Origin: Podarcis gaigeae | Taxonomy: Eukaryota | Reading direction: 5' to 3' (one strand) | Assembly: GCA_964106915.2 (NCBI GenBank) | Contig: OZ066914.1 | Length of the DNA: 64,000 bases | In this document: positions 38,063 to 51,385 of the stretch, piece after piece | Layout of the letters: every line of letters begins with the position of its first letter | How positions within the stretch are numbered: position 1 is the first letter of the stretch | Made by a program: the position numbers and the translations under genes | The notes under the pieces: generated by a model | What the model was told of the DNA's origin: nothing | The model's database searches: none | What the model saw: the letters and a program-made list of their open reading frames with translations, nothing else

Positions 38063-38421
38063 TAAAGGTAAAGGTACCCCTGCCCGTATGGGCCAGTCTT
38101 GACAGACTCTGGGGTTGTGCGCCCATCTCACTCAAGAGGCCAGGGGCCAGCGCTGTCCGGAGACACTTCCGGGTCACGTGGCCAGCGTGACATCGCTGCT
38201 CTGGCGAGCCAGAGCCGCACACGGAAACGCCGTTTACCTTCCCGCTGGTAAGCGGTCCCTATTTATCTACTTGCACCCGGAGGTGCTTTCGAACTGCTAG
38301 GTTGGCAGGCGCTGGGACCGAGCAGCGGGAGCGCACCCCGCCGCAGGGATTCGAACCGCCGACCTTTCGATCGGCAAGTCCTAGGTGCTGAGGCTTTAAC
38401 CCACAGCGCCACCTGCGTCCC
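38063..38421 (-). mobile_element. full-length young Sauria SINE (second subfamily)
   Basis: near-exact reverse complement of the 30181 copy; perfect 14-bp TSD tatccccctcctag at 38049-38062 and 38422-38435. Confidence 0.95.
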
Positions 38422-41400
38422 TATCCCCCTCCTAGGTGCCCCTTAAAAGTAACTAGAAATAAACCTCTTTTTCCTACTGCCAAGAAAGTGCTTTGTTAGG
38501 AATCTGCACAAAGTGATAATGACACCCAGTGGGCATTCACAATAACTGCAACTTCCATCCAATTTGGGCAACCCTAGACAAGAGCTGTCAGGGCAAGCAA
38601 TTGTATAAGGAGCAACTCTTCAGGGTTTCATAGAGCAATCCCAGAAACTGCTACCTGATCTTTCTAACTGAGGATGCCCAGGACTGGAGCTGGGAGCCTC
38701 TGCATGCAAATCACATGCTCTGTCACCCTTTTGCTTTTTTTCTTGTACAAGAGGGACTGGTTCAGTTGTCTGCTATGGTTTCTCACCACTGGAAGCTGAA
38801 ATTGCATCATGTAAAAACATTACGTGTCAGGTGATACGTAAATGCAATCTGCGGAATTCAGTCTGTGACAGCTCATTCAATGTGCAAGTCACCAAATGAT
38901 GATTAAATATGTGTGACCCCCAAAATAAATAAATCTCCAAAGGTGTCCATGCTGCATATACTTTGGAGGTAAACCCTTTATGAGCAGCTTGAGAAATGCA
39001 TGGCGTTAAAAGGTCATGAGGTCATTGCTTTGCTGAAGCTCAGAAGGTGCGTGCCTTGCTCTGTGCTGGATGGGTGACCACCGGGGAACTACATGTATTT
39101 TCTGTGATGGAAGGAAAGTGGGATATAAATGCAAACAAGCACGCATCCATTGTGCCTCTCTCTTTCTCCACCACTGAAGAGAGTAAGATTGCCCTTCTCT
39201 TTAATCACAAACCTCAGCCATGTTGCTAAGGCTGGGAAAAGACATTTTCCATTCATTTGGCTTGAGCTTTGTGAAGTTTTCTCTTTTCGTACCTCCCCCT
39301 GCCCCCCAAAAGGCAGCTGTATTCTGCGATTTCCTGTTCTTAACAATCTCTCCACCCTGCAAGAAGTATTAAAGCCATCTGTGTGACAGGATCTGGTGGG
39401 CTGTTCCACAGTTGCCTTTCAAAACCGCCTGCAGTTTGATTGACCGTCCATTCCGGTCCTCCTCCCCCATAGCCATGGCAACCAAGGAGAAAGAGGAAGG
39501 AGGATAAGCCATCCGAGATATGGAACACTTTAATGATCAGCTGTGGTGCAGCCCGTCCTTGGGAGCCACAGTTGACACAGACCCATTTTGAGCGCTTGTA
39601 ATCCTGGAAGAAAACACCTAACCCAGCCTAAATTACACGCTCTCCTCCGTATACTGAAATGCAGGACTAGTGTGCAATGTGATCAGCAAACCTGCATAAG
39701 AAAGGGGGGTCCTAAAATGGACTTCCTCTGAGGTTCTGTTTGCAGAGTAAATGGGATAAGGAGCGGACATGGTGACGGTCCAAGGCAATGTCAGGCATGG
39801 AAAGCCCCTCAGCAAATAGGACAAAGCTATTCTGCTGCTACAATGGCTACCCCACACTTTAAAGACAGCCTGAGGAGAAAGGATTCTGCCTAGCCAGAGG
39901 AAAGGGATTCCTCACTACATTCTCTTTACAGACAGCACACAGTTGTGGCAGTGGGCAGGCAGAATAGAACGCAAACCTACTACAACAGGCACCGCTGTGA
40001 TTTGAGGAACACAGCAATATTGTACAGACAAAGAGGACGCAGACCTGGAATAAACAGCCATAAGAAAGAAACACATTTAGAAATGGCAAATGCCATTGTG
40101 AGTATTTGGGAAAAAAGAAGGAAAGGTGGGTTTTGAGTTTTAATATTAACCACAACCACAAATTAAGTTACTGCTAGTCAAATTCCATACTGGCTGTTAC
40201 CAGCAAGGATCAGCACAGAAGAAATCGAGGCTGTGCTTTGCCTTTTGCCTCTTAGGAAGAATCTACCCACCCAGGGTATATTTACTGTTTATTTTAACAT
40301 ATATCCAATGAGGGACTGCACTTTGGTAGATTGCACCCTTTCTAGCCAATGGGTCTAATGTAGTCTTCACAAAGACATTCAAATCATGGGAACTACTTGT
40401 GAGAATAGTATTCAAAACCCACCAGGATGTGGCAGAAATATGTTCCACATAATGTCCCCTTCTTATATAATCACTGTCTAGTGTCTGCTAAAGATAACCA
40501 TGTAATGCAATTTATACCATCCAGAAGGGAGAATATTCTCCATTTCTTCATAGTACGGTAATAGTTGTTCCTGAATGCATGCTCATAAAAAGAAACATTT
40601 ATATATACCAAATCTATTTGAATGAAAAGTGATAAGGGCAGTCCAAAAGCTGTATTTTTTTCCAGTGAAGTGATAGCTATCATTAGTGATTAGCACATAT
40701 ATATGCTCATGTTTTGAGCTACCTTAAGCATGGGTTGAACCATGGAAAGGCAGCATACAAATAAAATATATGTATTAAGTGGGGCTTAATTCTGAGAAGA
40801 TATGCCTAGGATTCTGCTGTTTGCGTTCGTTGCCATTCTCAGATCTCATTTAAGCTACCAGGCACCCAAATTACTATGTTTTTAAGGCTCATATTAATTG
40901 AGCCTAATAAAAAATTAAAACCACAGTCTTGCAAAAGAACTCATTTCCCCCTCCCAAATACTGGGAAATATAATGAATCACACTTGCTCTGATCAGGACC
41001 AGCAGTGTGTTAACGGATACTGGTGTGAAATGTATTTATTTGTGACACCTGTACTTCAATTCTCTGAGCTCAGTGCAGCTTGGATTTGCTTCTCAGATGG
41101 GTTTACAGTGCCAAAGCTTCAGACACTTGCAGGCATCATGAAAGCATGTATGATTCATCTAGAATAGATTGTCCAGCTCCTGAGACTAGGAGCATTTTCT
41201 TATGTTGGGTGTAGAAAACAAAAACATTAAGATCTCAAGGTGGGCTATAATCAGGTTGTTATTCAGACCCTGTTCACATAGTGTGGCTCAGGATACTACA
41301 TCTATGTAGATACTACATCTTCCTAAAGGAGGAAAACAGAACATGCTTCACATTTACATCTCAATTCTGAGGTGTGTGGCAAGCTTTCCATGTATAATTT

Positions 41401-42079
41401 TCAGGTCTACAGGATTTCCAGTATAACTTGAGAACACTGGTGAGTAGCAACAGTTCTACAATCAGTCAGGCTTCGGGTTCTTCTCTAGGCCTATGGAATA
41501 TAGTACTCCTTTTCGTATCCACACGATGTCAGAGATCTTCCACCTGAATTTAGCAGAAACTAGTACCTGTAGAGCATCTGCACCCTCTAGTGGCTAAGAG
41601 ACTTCAGACGCTGATGTCAACAAATGGCAAAGTTATGTCAGCTCCTTGGAATTTCTGCCTCATCTTCTTTGTACTACAGTTTAAAAGGTCACACAGAGAT
41701 AGTAATCATTACCTTTTGTACCATCTCTTAGGACAAGATGCCTTAGGAGTCTGATTAGTACCCGTCTTTCACTGTCAAGAAAATGTGTTTTGTTGTTGTT
41801 CTTCACTTCTTTATAGACACATATACGCTTGCAGTAGTGTCTTTTCCTGTTATCATGTTGGAAGTAATTTCATATAAGGTCACCAACCTGATACCTTCCA
41901 GATTTGGTACCTCCCACTTGCTAGGGCTGATGGGAGTTGTAGTTCAAAACATCTAGAGGGCACCAGGTGGGTAAAGGCATACTTTTAAGCATATACATAG
42001 TGTATATTGTTTAATCACTTTTGCCGATTTCTTGTCTTGGCAATGGGATCTTTTCCAGTTTTGTGCTGAACCTTCACGT

Positions 42080-42262
42080 TAAGCAAATGAATGAATGACA
42101 GACTGACACTGAGCTGTCACTGCAGCTTGTGTTGGTTACGATGATAACATGGTGACAGGGATTGCTCACGTTTAGCTTTTGCCCTGCATCGCAACTAACC
42201 ATTTCTACTCCCAGCTGTGGTGTCTATGCACATGGTGGCGGCTGACAGGCATTTTAGTCCAA
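42080..42262. repeat. dispersed direct repeat, copy 1
   Basis: about 120 bp similar to 44008-44137. Confidence 0.85.
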
Positions 42263-44007
42263 GGTTGTCAAAGGCAATGTACAGAGACAATGAGTCGAGG
42301 TCAAACACTGGCTACAGCTGAGGGTTAGTGAGGAGCGAGAGCAGAACCAGGAGCCCCAGGCTGGACTGCACACCAAGCCAAACCTTGTCTTTGTATATAG
42401 CACAGCTGCAAAAAGGGGCAAAGCTGGGAGCTCCTCTCTGGGAACCTGCTCTCAGTAAGCCTGTGTGTCCTGTGCTTTTCTTATCCCTACCTGGAGATGC
42501 CAGGAATTGAACCCAAGACCTTCTGCAAGCAAGGCAGGTGCTCCACCACTGAGCTGTGGTCCTTCCTCCTTGCCCTAAGCACACTGAGAGGAGGGAGAGG
42601 AAGGGGCAACTAATTCTGCATCCTGTGTATCAGGTAAGGATGTTATTGATGTGTTCACAGGGGTGGCTTTGTTGTGTTCACAACACTGTGCTGTTCTGAG
42701 GAAATGGCTACCCACTGGAATAAACAAGGAATTAAAAAAGGGTCTGAAATTAAGGGAATTTAGTAAACCTAACAAAGCCCCCGCCCCCGCCCAATTGCTT
42801 GTCTTCCATTATTTTTGTGTATGTGTGAATCCTCTTTTTTTTTTAATAACTACCCTTAAGGTCTTTAGGTACTTCACAAATGTCCCTTTTCTCAGCATTC
42901 ATACATGCTTGCTTTCAAGGTTCAGGAATTACCTTACTCTTAGGTTAATATAAAGTGAGAAAAGAGAGTTCTAATTGTGATGATGGAGATTTCTCCAGCT
43001 GGTTCGAATACACAAAAATCTCTGACAGGAAAAATCTGGAGACAGCTGGTGAAACTCCCCCTCAGGGCTCCCTTTAGGCATTTTGTCGCCATAGGCAAAA
43101 TACTGAAATAGCTTCTCCCTCCCACAGGATCCTGGAACTCCCAGAACTAGCAGCCTCTTCTTCCGCAGCCCATCTGGTCCTAGGGGCTGTTGCATTTTGA
43201 TGAGGTCTTCCTTCATCAGCCACAACTGCCCCCTCCCCTGTGATTGGACTATCCCTTCACTATTCCGGTATCATCACCACCATCTGCATTTATATTCTGC
43301 AATTTCCTCTAAGGAGCTCACATCAGCACACCTCTTCCCCATCTCTCCGCACAACAACTCTGTGAGGTAGGTTAGGCTAAGTGATAGAGACTGACTGGTC
43401 CAAAGGCAAGTGGGGTTTGAACTTGTGTTTCCCTGGTCCTAGTAGTTCAAGGCTCTAACCAGTACACAACACGCTGTGTCTCATCCATCTATACTGAACA
43501 TTCAGTTCTAGGCTCAGTGAAATAAGTATTGCATTCTTCAAGTGCCACAGAGATCCTTTGGCTATCCCTATATCAGTTATTCCTTTCTTCTTCCTGCCCT
43601 GGACATATGTGTGGGCATTCGCCAAGATGTCTGTTGCAGAACTACGAGCATCTAATGTAGCGGTTCTGAAAGTAGTCTTTAGCTGTAGCTGCAGGAGCGG
43701 TCACAGAACAGTGTTCTCAAGGTGCTGCCACATCCTTTATCAATAAATAAAGCAAAGCTATGCTTCAGTAGCCATATGTGATGTCCCAGAAAACATTGCT
43801 TAGTAATAAGGCCTGTTCTTTGTGAATTAGCTCACTCAGTAACACTGATTCAAAATCTGACCCCGTTTGACACAAGCATATAAATGTATTATCGGAACCT
43901 ACTAACAAAGCTGTCTGTTAAACACTAGAGGGGGTCTCAGATCTCTGTCCAGAGATTGTTCCTGCCCCCTTTGAAAACGATGAGGCATGTGAGTTTGCAT
44001 GTAATGC

Positions 44008-44137
44008 TAAGCAAATGAATGACTGACGGATTGACACTGAGCTGTCACTGCAGCTTGTGTTTGTTATGATGATAACAGGGTGACAGGGATCGCTCACGTT
44101 TAGCTTTTGCCTTGCATCATAACTAATTTTAGTCCAA
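44008..44137. repeat. dispersed direct repeat, copy 2 (lacks ~50 bp present in copy 1)
   Basis: taagcaaatgaatga...gagctgtcactgcagcttgtgt...cacgtttagcttttgcc...aactaa|ttttagtccaa. Confidence 0.85.
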
Positions 44138-44414
44138 CATATATGGAAAATTAACCTTTTTCTAGAGGGAATTGTAGATTTCTATCAAAATCCAACCACC
44201 ATGCCTTTTAACAAAGATTTTGGCAAATTCCTTAGTGGTACCTTAAGGGTACCTTTTAGATACAGACTAGCACTGCTGTCATGCTAATTTATAGCATTCC
44301 ATACAGGAGTCCAATTCCCACATTCCTTGCTCTTGACATGAGTGAACTTTTCTGCTGAGCAAGTACTGCAACCTTTGGAGCACTAAATCTTTAGCGTATC
44401 TGAAGGGTCTTTAC

Positions 44415-44540
44415 CTGAGGTTTTCAGAACTGAATTCCGATTCCAGAAACCGAAGAAACTGGTCACGCCCAACGGGATCTTTCAACACCTCATCTATAGA
44501 GAAGCCCCATCTTTTGACCCGGTGCTGAGAAGGCTCCTTG
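44415..44540 (-). CDS. RGS6: RGS6 exon (RGS domain start) [41 protein letters not shown](R)
   Basis: 126 nt, atag| and |gtaaag, phase 2-2; RGS EFSSEN motif. Confidence 0.97.
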
Positions 44541-45628
44541 CTATTCAAAGGATAGAAAGATAAGGATCAGCCAGGGTTTCTTTTTCGAGTCTCCCAACGT
44601 ATATTTTTCTGTGACAGCTTAATTCAAAATGCTCATTAGTGAGCCTGTAGTGATAATTTAAATTAAAGAGGGACACACACATCCTTTTGACTTCAAAAGA
44701 GTAGAGAAATCAGTATGTATGAAAACAGATGATTTGTTACCTTGTCAAAATCTCAGAAAAAGATAAGCTAGGTAGTACTCTGCTTGTGGATACAAAGCTG
44801 ATATCAGAGAGAAACACTTGCTTAGAATTTGAAGAAATCCACTCTGTAGCCCAAGAGAGGAAAATGTCAACCTGCAATATTTGGGGTGAGTTATGATTTT
44901 CTGGGGAGGGAGGGGGTATAATTTCCTATTCAGTATCTGTTTTATGTATTGAAAGGAGAATTTGAGAATGATAAGTATGCAGCCGTATTCTTTTCCTCAG
45001 AAGGGTCTCTTACTCTAATAAATTTCTTATCTCAGAAAATAAGAAATTAATGATATATTTAATGACAAGTTTGAGGGAGCCCACAAAATCCCTCTTCTGG
45101 GGTTGTATGCAGCCTGAGACAGAAAAGTTAACTACCCTTATTTTAAATTCAAATAATGACATCCAGTGTAACAGATGGGATACAATAAGGGACAAAGGAA
45201 TCTATAAAGAGGAGGAGAAGCAAATTTAGGTACCAATTCTTAAATAATGTTAGATAACTGGGCAGGGACCCTCCTTTGTAAATAAACCATCCTGTTCATA
45301 GATAGTGCTATATAAATAATAATAATTGTTACAATGACTATTAGGATTTTGGGAGTCAGTTCTGGGAAGAGAGGAGCCAGCCAGCAGCTGTTCTCTGCAA
45401 GGTCTTGCCATCTCACCTCTCCCTCTCTTATAGGCAGGTGTCAATCCTTTACATCAAGATAATGCAAACTGTGCAGCCAAAAGAGCTCTGCAATGTTTTA
45501 TCTTTGAAAGTTTCACTTTCAAAAGTATGAATGTAGGCTGTAAACAGCTTTGAGACCCCCCCCCCCAAAAAAAATATAAAGCTGTATAGAAATAATAGTA
45601 AGAAGTGTGAAAAATATTAATTTCTTAC

Positions 45629-45739
45629 CTTGTTTCTAAGTCCCAAAATACAGCGTCATCATTTATCCAGGGATTGGAAGGTTCAGCGGGAGTTAGAAAA
45701 GGGTCATAGTCAATGTACTGATCTGAATAAGTAATTAAA
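45629..45739 (-). CDS. RGS6: RGS6 exon (GGL core) [36 protein letters not shown](S)
   Basis: 111 nt, tacag| and |gtaaga, phase 2-2; DP and SNPW G-gamma-like motifs. Confidence 0.97.
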
Positions 45740-46036
45740 CTGTAACAAGAGAAAATAAAAGAAAATATACAGAGATGAGAGCTGTGTGTATAACTTCATT
45801 AAATATTACATATATTGCCATTTTAAAAAAGTACATTAATCTGAAAAGTATTCATTATTTGCCCATGCACTGCACAAATGTCAGTAAAAAGGCTGGTTCC
45901 TATAGGATACATAGTCTATGCCAAAGTGTTTGTCTTCCAATAGATGTTACAAAACAAATAATGCTACCTTGTATTATCTAAGTTCACAGGAATGTAACTT
46001 TTGTTTCCATTCCTTAAAAAAAAGAAGTGGTTAGGC

Positions 46037-46288
46037 CATGGGTAGGCAAACTAATGCCCAGGGGCCAGATCTGGCCCAATCGCCTTCTAAATCTGGCTTG
46101 CGGATGGTCCGGGAATCAACGTGTTTTTATACGAGTAGAATGTGTCCTTTTATTTAAAATGCATCTCTGGGTTATTTGTGGGGCATAGGAATTAGTTCAT
46201 CCCCCGCCCCCCAAAAATATAGTCCAGCCCCCCCAAGGTCTGAGGGACAGTGGACTGGCCCCCTGCTGAAAAAGTTTGCTGACCCCTG
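46037..46288. mobile_element. non-autonomous hAT/Charlie element (OC1-like end)
   Basis: TIR catgggtaggcaaact / agtttgctgacccctg; perfect 8-bp TSD ggttaggc at 46029-46036 and 46289-46296. Confidence 0.88.
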
Positions 46289-47194
46289 GGTTAGGCAGAT
46301 GATTGTTTTTGATCAAAAACAAAGTAGCTAACTAGATATAGTGTACCGGACAAAAGCAAGCCCCCATTAACTTCTATTGGACAGAGCTAAGCAGAAAATT
46401 AACTGGTGCTTTGTCCAATAGATGTCAATGGGGGATGTTAAACATTAAAGTTTTGTAGACTTGTGCGCATTGGTTTCTAGTGTCCCGCTTAATATAATAA
46501 TTGCATCAACAAGATATATCATTTTAGTTTTCCCCCCGCAAATGCTCCATTCACTGTGCATACTTTGAGTAGTTGTATTCCTTTCATTTCGTCTCCGTAA
46601 GGCAAGTCAACATTTTTTGCCAGATTATTGCTCAGGTGAATATTGATGGGCACATAGCTGGGATTTGCAGCCAGCAGCAGAGCAAGCCTATTGGGTGCCT
46701 GGGGCGCCGTGTATACCCTGCACCCGGGGGCGGGGCCAGCTGTCCGTGGGGCGGGGCCAACTGGGGCAGGACACTCCACGGAGCCTCTGAGGAGTCTGCC
46801 TGCCTCCTCCCACTCAACCGCCCTACAGCTGAGGGGGAGGCAATGGCCGGACTGGGGCAGCGCGGAGCCTGCAGGTGCCCAAGCTACCACATCACTCTCA
46901 GGAGAGACGCATGGCTTGGGTGTGCTGCAGGCCCCACGGTGAGTGCCACCCAGCATTTTGTCACTCCCCTCAGTGGTGACACCCCATGTAGCCTGCCCCC
47001 ACCGCCCCCCTTCCCCCACCCGTTTGCAGTACCCACATGTTTACTAAAACGCATATGTTTACTGTTAAGACTGTGCACGGACTGTAGCTAAGAATAAGAA
47101 TCAAGAATCAAACTGTCACTAGGGAGAATAGTCTAGGTTCCAAACACTGGACAATTGTTCACTTTAATTCTTCTTACCCAGGCTATATCACTTG

Positions 47195-47196
<2 letters not shown>

Positions 47197-47233
<37 letters not shown>
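47197..47233 (+). repeat. (TG)n microsatellite
   Basis: about 18 units. Confidence 0.95.
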
Positions 47234-47235
<2 letters not shown>

Positions 47236-49479
47236 ATGAGAAATGGTGGAGCTGGAGGTGTGGAGCTCTTTTCCCCTTCAGCCTGCCACAGGAAGGTTGT
47301 TGTTATTTCACAAGGCATTACAATCACACCATTTCGTAACAAAATGCAGGTCCTACCAATAAAGCCTCGGGGTCCTTAGTCCCTCCCTGTCTTATCTTAT
47401 TTCATTAATAACATTTCATGACCACCATGGATCAGTAGCTAGAGGAAGGAAAAGCCTCAATTTTCACAGTAACTGAAGCATGGGGGGGGGGGGGGGGAGA
47501 GATTTCTGTTAAAAAAAATCAATTGGGGACTATAGTTTCTGAAATTCAAATGTTTTCCAATGAAACTGCGGGCACCACAAGGAGTTAAAAATAATGTTGG
47601 TTGCAGTTCAAGCTGTTTACTTCAGAGCCATTTCATGGAATTTGATGAGCCTATTATCGAGTGGCTGTGAATTGCACCGGGCAAATTGTAAAGTCAGCCT
47701 TGGTTTTGCAGAGACATGAAAAGTAAGGGATGAAAGGAAGGAAGGAGAACTGAATCCACTGAATATTTCAGGCATGTTCTGCAGCTGAACATTGCAGGCA
47801 CTTTGCTTAGTGTTGGTGCAATGCTACATGGCAGATCTAGGAGCATGCAAGTCTGGGAAAGTCACCATCTACTTTCTCTGTGACTGCACAAGGAATTTCT
47901 TCTTTCTTCTCCCTGGTGAAAAACTTCCTCTGATGCTCGCCAACCCTGCTGAATGATACAGAATCTCTTTCTGCACTAAACAGGAGCGCTGTTTATCTTT
48001 CGGCTTCCTCACTTTTTTTGCTGTATATCTGCGGTTCTAAATTTTGTGATTCTATACATATTTTTTACGATACTCGTGGCCTCTGGAAGACCAACAGAAA
48101 AGCTGTTTAAAATGGCATTTTGCATCCCAATCCCTAATAGCTAATGGAATTCAGGGCACACACACTCATAAATTGTGCAACTAGGACAGTATTCTGATTT
48201 GCTGACACTGCAATGTGCTTTTCTTTGTCTCCTTCTAGCCAAAGTCTCCTTTACTGCTAGTGCAAAATTTGTTTGGAGACTTCTAGGAGGGAAAATAGTC
48301 TTGGGAATTAATGCTGCTCAGATAAAGAGAAAAGAAGCCCTCATGCGTTATGATCTGCTAATCTGCCACATTCCCGGCGGAAACAATAAGCTATTAAACT
48401 GTGGGTTTAGTCTGAAAGGCTACCTTACAACAACAATTCCATCGTAATCAACAAGTCTGGCCATGCTGAGCTCAGCATTTTATCCCAACTTTAAGGTCAA
48501 AGGATCTTGTTTGGGTTGGCTTTAAAACTACTTCATCCTAATTCACTCTTGAGAGCCTCTGACATGTAACACTAAATGATGCTTTAAAGCAATGCCTTGT
48601 GCTCACATGCTCCCCGCCCCCCCTTTCCTCCTTTGGTACAGCCGAAAAGAGGAGATTGGAAACTGCCACTTATTTTAAAGTAACCAGAGTCATCCTGGGC
48701 TCCCTTGAGAGGAAGAGCAGGACATAAATTTCATCAAGTAATAAACTGGGGGGAAATTTAGTTAGTTTAAATGTAATATTTACTTACTTACTTAATTCTC
48801 AGGAGAAGGTACACCCCATGATGCAGTTCTCCTTCCTGCAGGGTCAATGTCTCTGCTTAACAGAGTCACACAGCTGTTAGGTGGAAGGGTGTGATCCTGT
48901 ACAGTGCCAACAAACAGTGGCGGACCATATGCTCCTCCAGAGGGGGGCGTGGCACACTCCCAAAGGGGAGTGCGGTGCGGAGGGTGCCCTCCCAGGCACG
49001 GTATAGCCGCTTGGGTGCTCAGAGCAGTGCGTGCACCCTGCAGCTGGGGGCGGAGCGAGCTGCCCATGGTGAACATTCAGCACACCACCCACCCGGGACT
49101 CCCAAGCCTCCTCCAAGCTGTCAAAATGAAGGAGGACGGGGAGAATGCTGCGGGTACAGGGCGTGCCAAATTTCACCCCTTCAGTGAGTGCACCTGGGGC
49201 GGTCCGCCCCCACTGCCCCCTTCCTCTGCTAGCAATTGCTACTTCAATGAGTGGCTTCCCTTAGTGGCTTTTCTACACCCCCACATAGGATAGATGGGCA
49301 CTGGGGCTTACTGTTAACCCACATTAAACCAGAGTTTGCTGGTTTGGATGTAACGGGGGGCTCTGACTCAATACAAATCAGGATCTTCATGCCAAAGCAG
49401 GCATACAACAGGAGCAAGGGAAGGCAGCAGTCAAGGGAGAAATGCCCAGCTCAGGTGCTCATTCCTGGATACGAAACTA

Positions 49480-49905
49480 GTCTTGAATCATTTGATACGT
49501 TTCCAAGCACAATTCAAAGTGTTGGTGCTGACCTTTAAAGCCCTAAACAGCCTCAGCCCAGTATACCTGAGGGAGCATCTCCACCCCCATCATTCTGCCT
49601 GGACGCTGAGGTCCAGCGCCAAGGGCCTTCTGGCGGTTCCCTCACTGCGAGAACCCAAGTTACAGGGAACCAGGCAGAGGGCCTTCTTGGTAGTGGCGCC
49701 CTCCCTGTGGAAACCCTCCCACCAGATGTCAAAGAGAAAAACAACTACCTGACATTCAGGTAGACATCTTAAGGCAGCCCTGTTTAGGGAAGCTTTTAAT
49801 GTTTAACAGACTATTGTATTTTAATATTCTGTTGGAAGCTGCCCAGAGTGGCTGGGGAAACCCAGCCAGATGAGTGGGGTATAAATAATAGGTTATTATT
49901 ATTAT
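49480..49905 (+). mobile_element. L2-type LINE 3' end (ORF2 C-terminus and 3' UTR)
   Basis: FKVLVLTFKALN...RAF..VAP.LW, typical of the L2 ORF2 end, followed by 3' UTR and (TTA)n. Confidence 0.85.
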
Positions 49906-49981
49906 TGGCAGGGGGAAACAGAACAGATAGCAGAGAACCATTACAACAACGATTATAACATATGTAAATTGGGAGTCTTAC

Positions 49982-50043
49982 CTTTCTGCTACTTTAGACA
50001 TTTTTAAACAGTGTCTGTCTATCTGCACATTCAGAAATGTTAT
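49982..50043 (-). CDS. RGS6: RGS6 exon (GGL N-part) ITFLNVQIDRHCLKMSKVAE(S)
   Basis: 62 nt, ccag| and |gtaaga, phase 0-2. Confidence 0.97.
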
Positions 50044-50529
50044 CTGGCGGAAGAGAAATAAAACACCTCTTAATGCTTCAAATGACTTACACTGCAATAT
50101 ACTTAAAGATGCTGACTCCCAACCCAAACCTTCCTGACTATTCTGGTGAGCATTTGGAGGACCTTGTAAACCCAGACTTCCCCATTTGCTGAATTGTCAA
50201 TGGCCGTACATGACAGGAATGGAGAAGTGCAATGGTCCAAGAAGGAACAAGTTGATTATAGGAATGTAAGTGTCTGTGAAATAAACTGACTTGCTTTCAA
50301 AGAAATGTGTTTAGCATCAGGGGGTCCTTGGTAGCTTACAGCAAACTACAACAGTACAAGAGATATAATTATAACTTAAAAAATTGGCAGATTATGACAT
50401 ACTCTAAACACATGTGTTTCCAATTTCATATTTACTCAATATTCTGTCCTATTTATAGTAACATGGAAAGAGAAAAAGGGTGGAATATCTCCAAAAGGAA
50501 CATGAGAAGTCACAGAGAAGATTCCTTAC

Positions 50530-50628
50530 TTGCTTCCGGACATCATCTTTTGTTGTTTTCCGAGCTGGTTGGGAGGGCATATGTACAGGACTTTGGGACT
50601 GACTGTCTTCTGTAACTCCGTATACTGA
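50530..50628 (-). CDS. RGS6: RGS6 exon [33 protein letters not shown]
   Basis: 99 nt, tgcag| and |gtaagg, phase 0-0; this linker resembles RGS6 rather than RGS7. Confidence 0.96.
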
Positions 50629-50664
50629 CTGCAATGAACAGGTGAGAAACAGTATGGTAAGCAA

Positions 50665-50714
<50 letters not shown>
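50665..50714 (+). repeat. (AAT)n microsatellite about 35 nt upstream of an RGS6 acceptor
   Basis: about 16 units. Confidence 0.95.
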
Positions 50715-51248
50715 GGATTATGATTTTAAACACTAGAGCTGTTAAGGTGTTTTAGGACAATTATACCTTCATCCCTTTCCTCTTCCTTTCCTTTCTCCCC
50801 TCCCCTCCCCTCCATTGGTGGTCATTTCTATTTCACAGTAAATATCTCAGAGTATGGTCCTATCTTTTCACCTCCTAATTATTGTGTTATTTCAGCCTTA
50901 TTAAATCTCAGGTGCTTCTGACTACAACTCCCATCACCTCTGACCATTGGCTACATTGGCTGGGGCTAATGGAGTGGATAGTCGAAAAGAAATAGAGGCC
51001 GACATATTGGGGAAGGTTGTCTTACGCTGTAAAGTACCATATACATCAGCAGCCCTATATATAATGCTAAGCCATAAACAGCTTAGGCCCAAATATCTGA
51101 AAGACCACTTCCATCCCTACTGACTCTCTTGGGTGTTAACGTTCCACTATCCTCAGAAGTGCGAGGAATGGCAGCCTGAGAGTGACTTTTCTAAATTTAG
51201 GCATCCCCTGAATTGTGGAACTTCCTCCACACAGAGGTGCATCTAGCA

Positions 51249-51385
51249 CAGGCATCCCCAAACACGGCCCTCTAAGGTGTTTGGGGACTACAATTCCCAT
51301 CATCCCTAGCTAACAGGACAAGTGGTCAGGGATGATGGGAGTTGTAGTCCCAAAACATCTGGAGGGCTGGGTTTGGAGATGCCTG
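51249..51385. mobile_element. palindromic hAT-type MITE (best-preserved copy of an abundant family)
   Basis: caggcatccccaaac / gtttggagatgcctg TIRs, internal gactacaattcccatcatccc / gggatgatgggagttgtagtc, TSD a(t/g)ctagca; decayed relatives near 480-600, 2735-2910, 7843-7972, 15522-15660, 25160-25283, 32355-32465, 41880-41980, 50905-51020, 52985-53118. Confidence 0.85.

Noticed and set aside
44008-44137. C/D snoRNA pair in the duplicated segment (atgatga motif)
   Set aside because: The motif is antisense to the host transcript, is not preserved in copy 1, and has no suitably placed D box or terminal stem.
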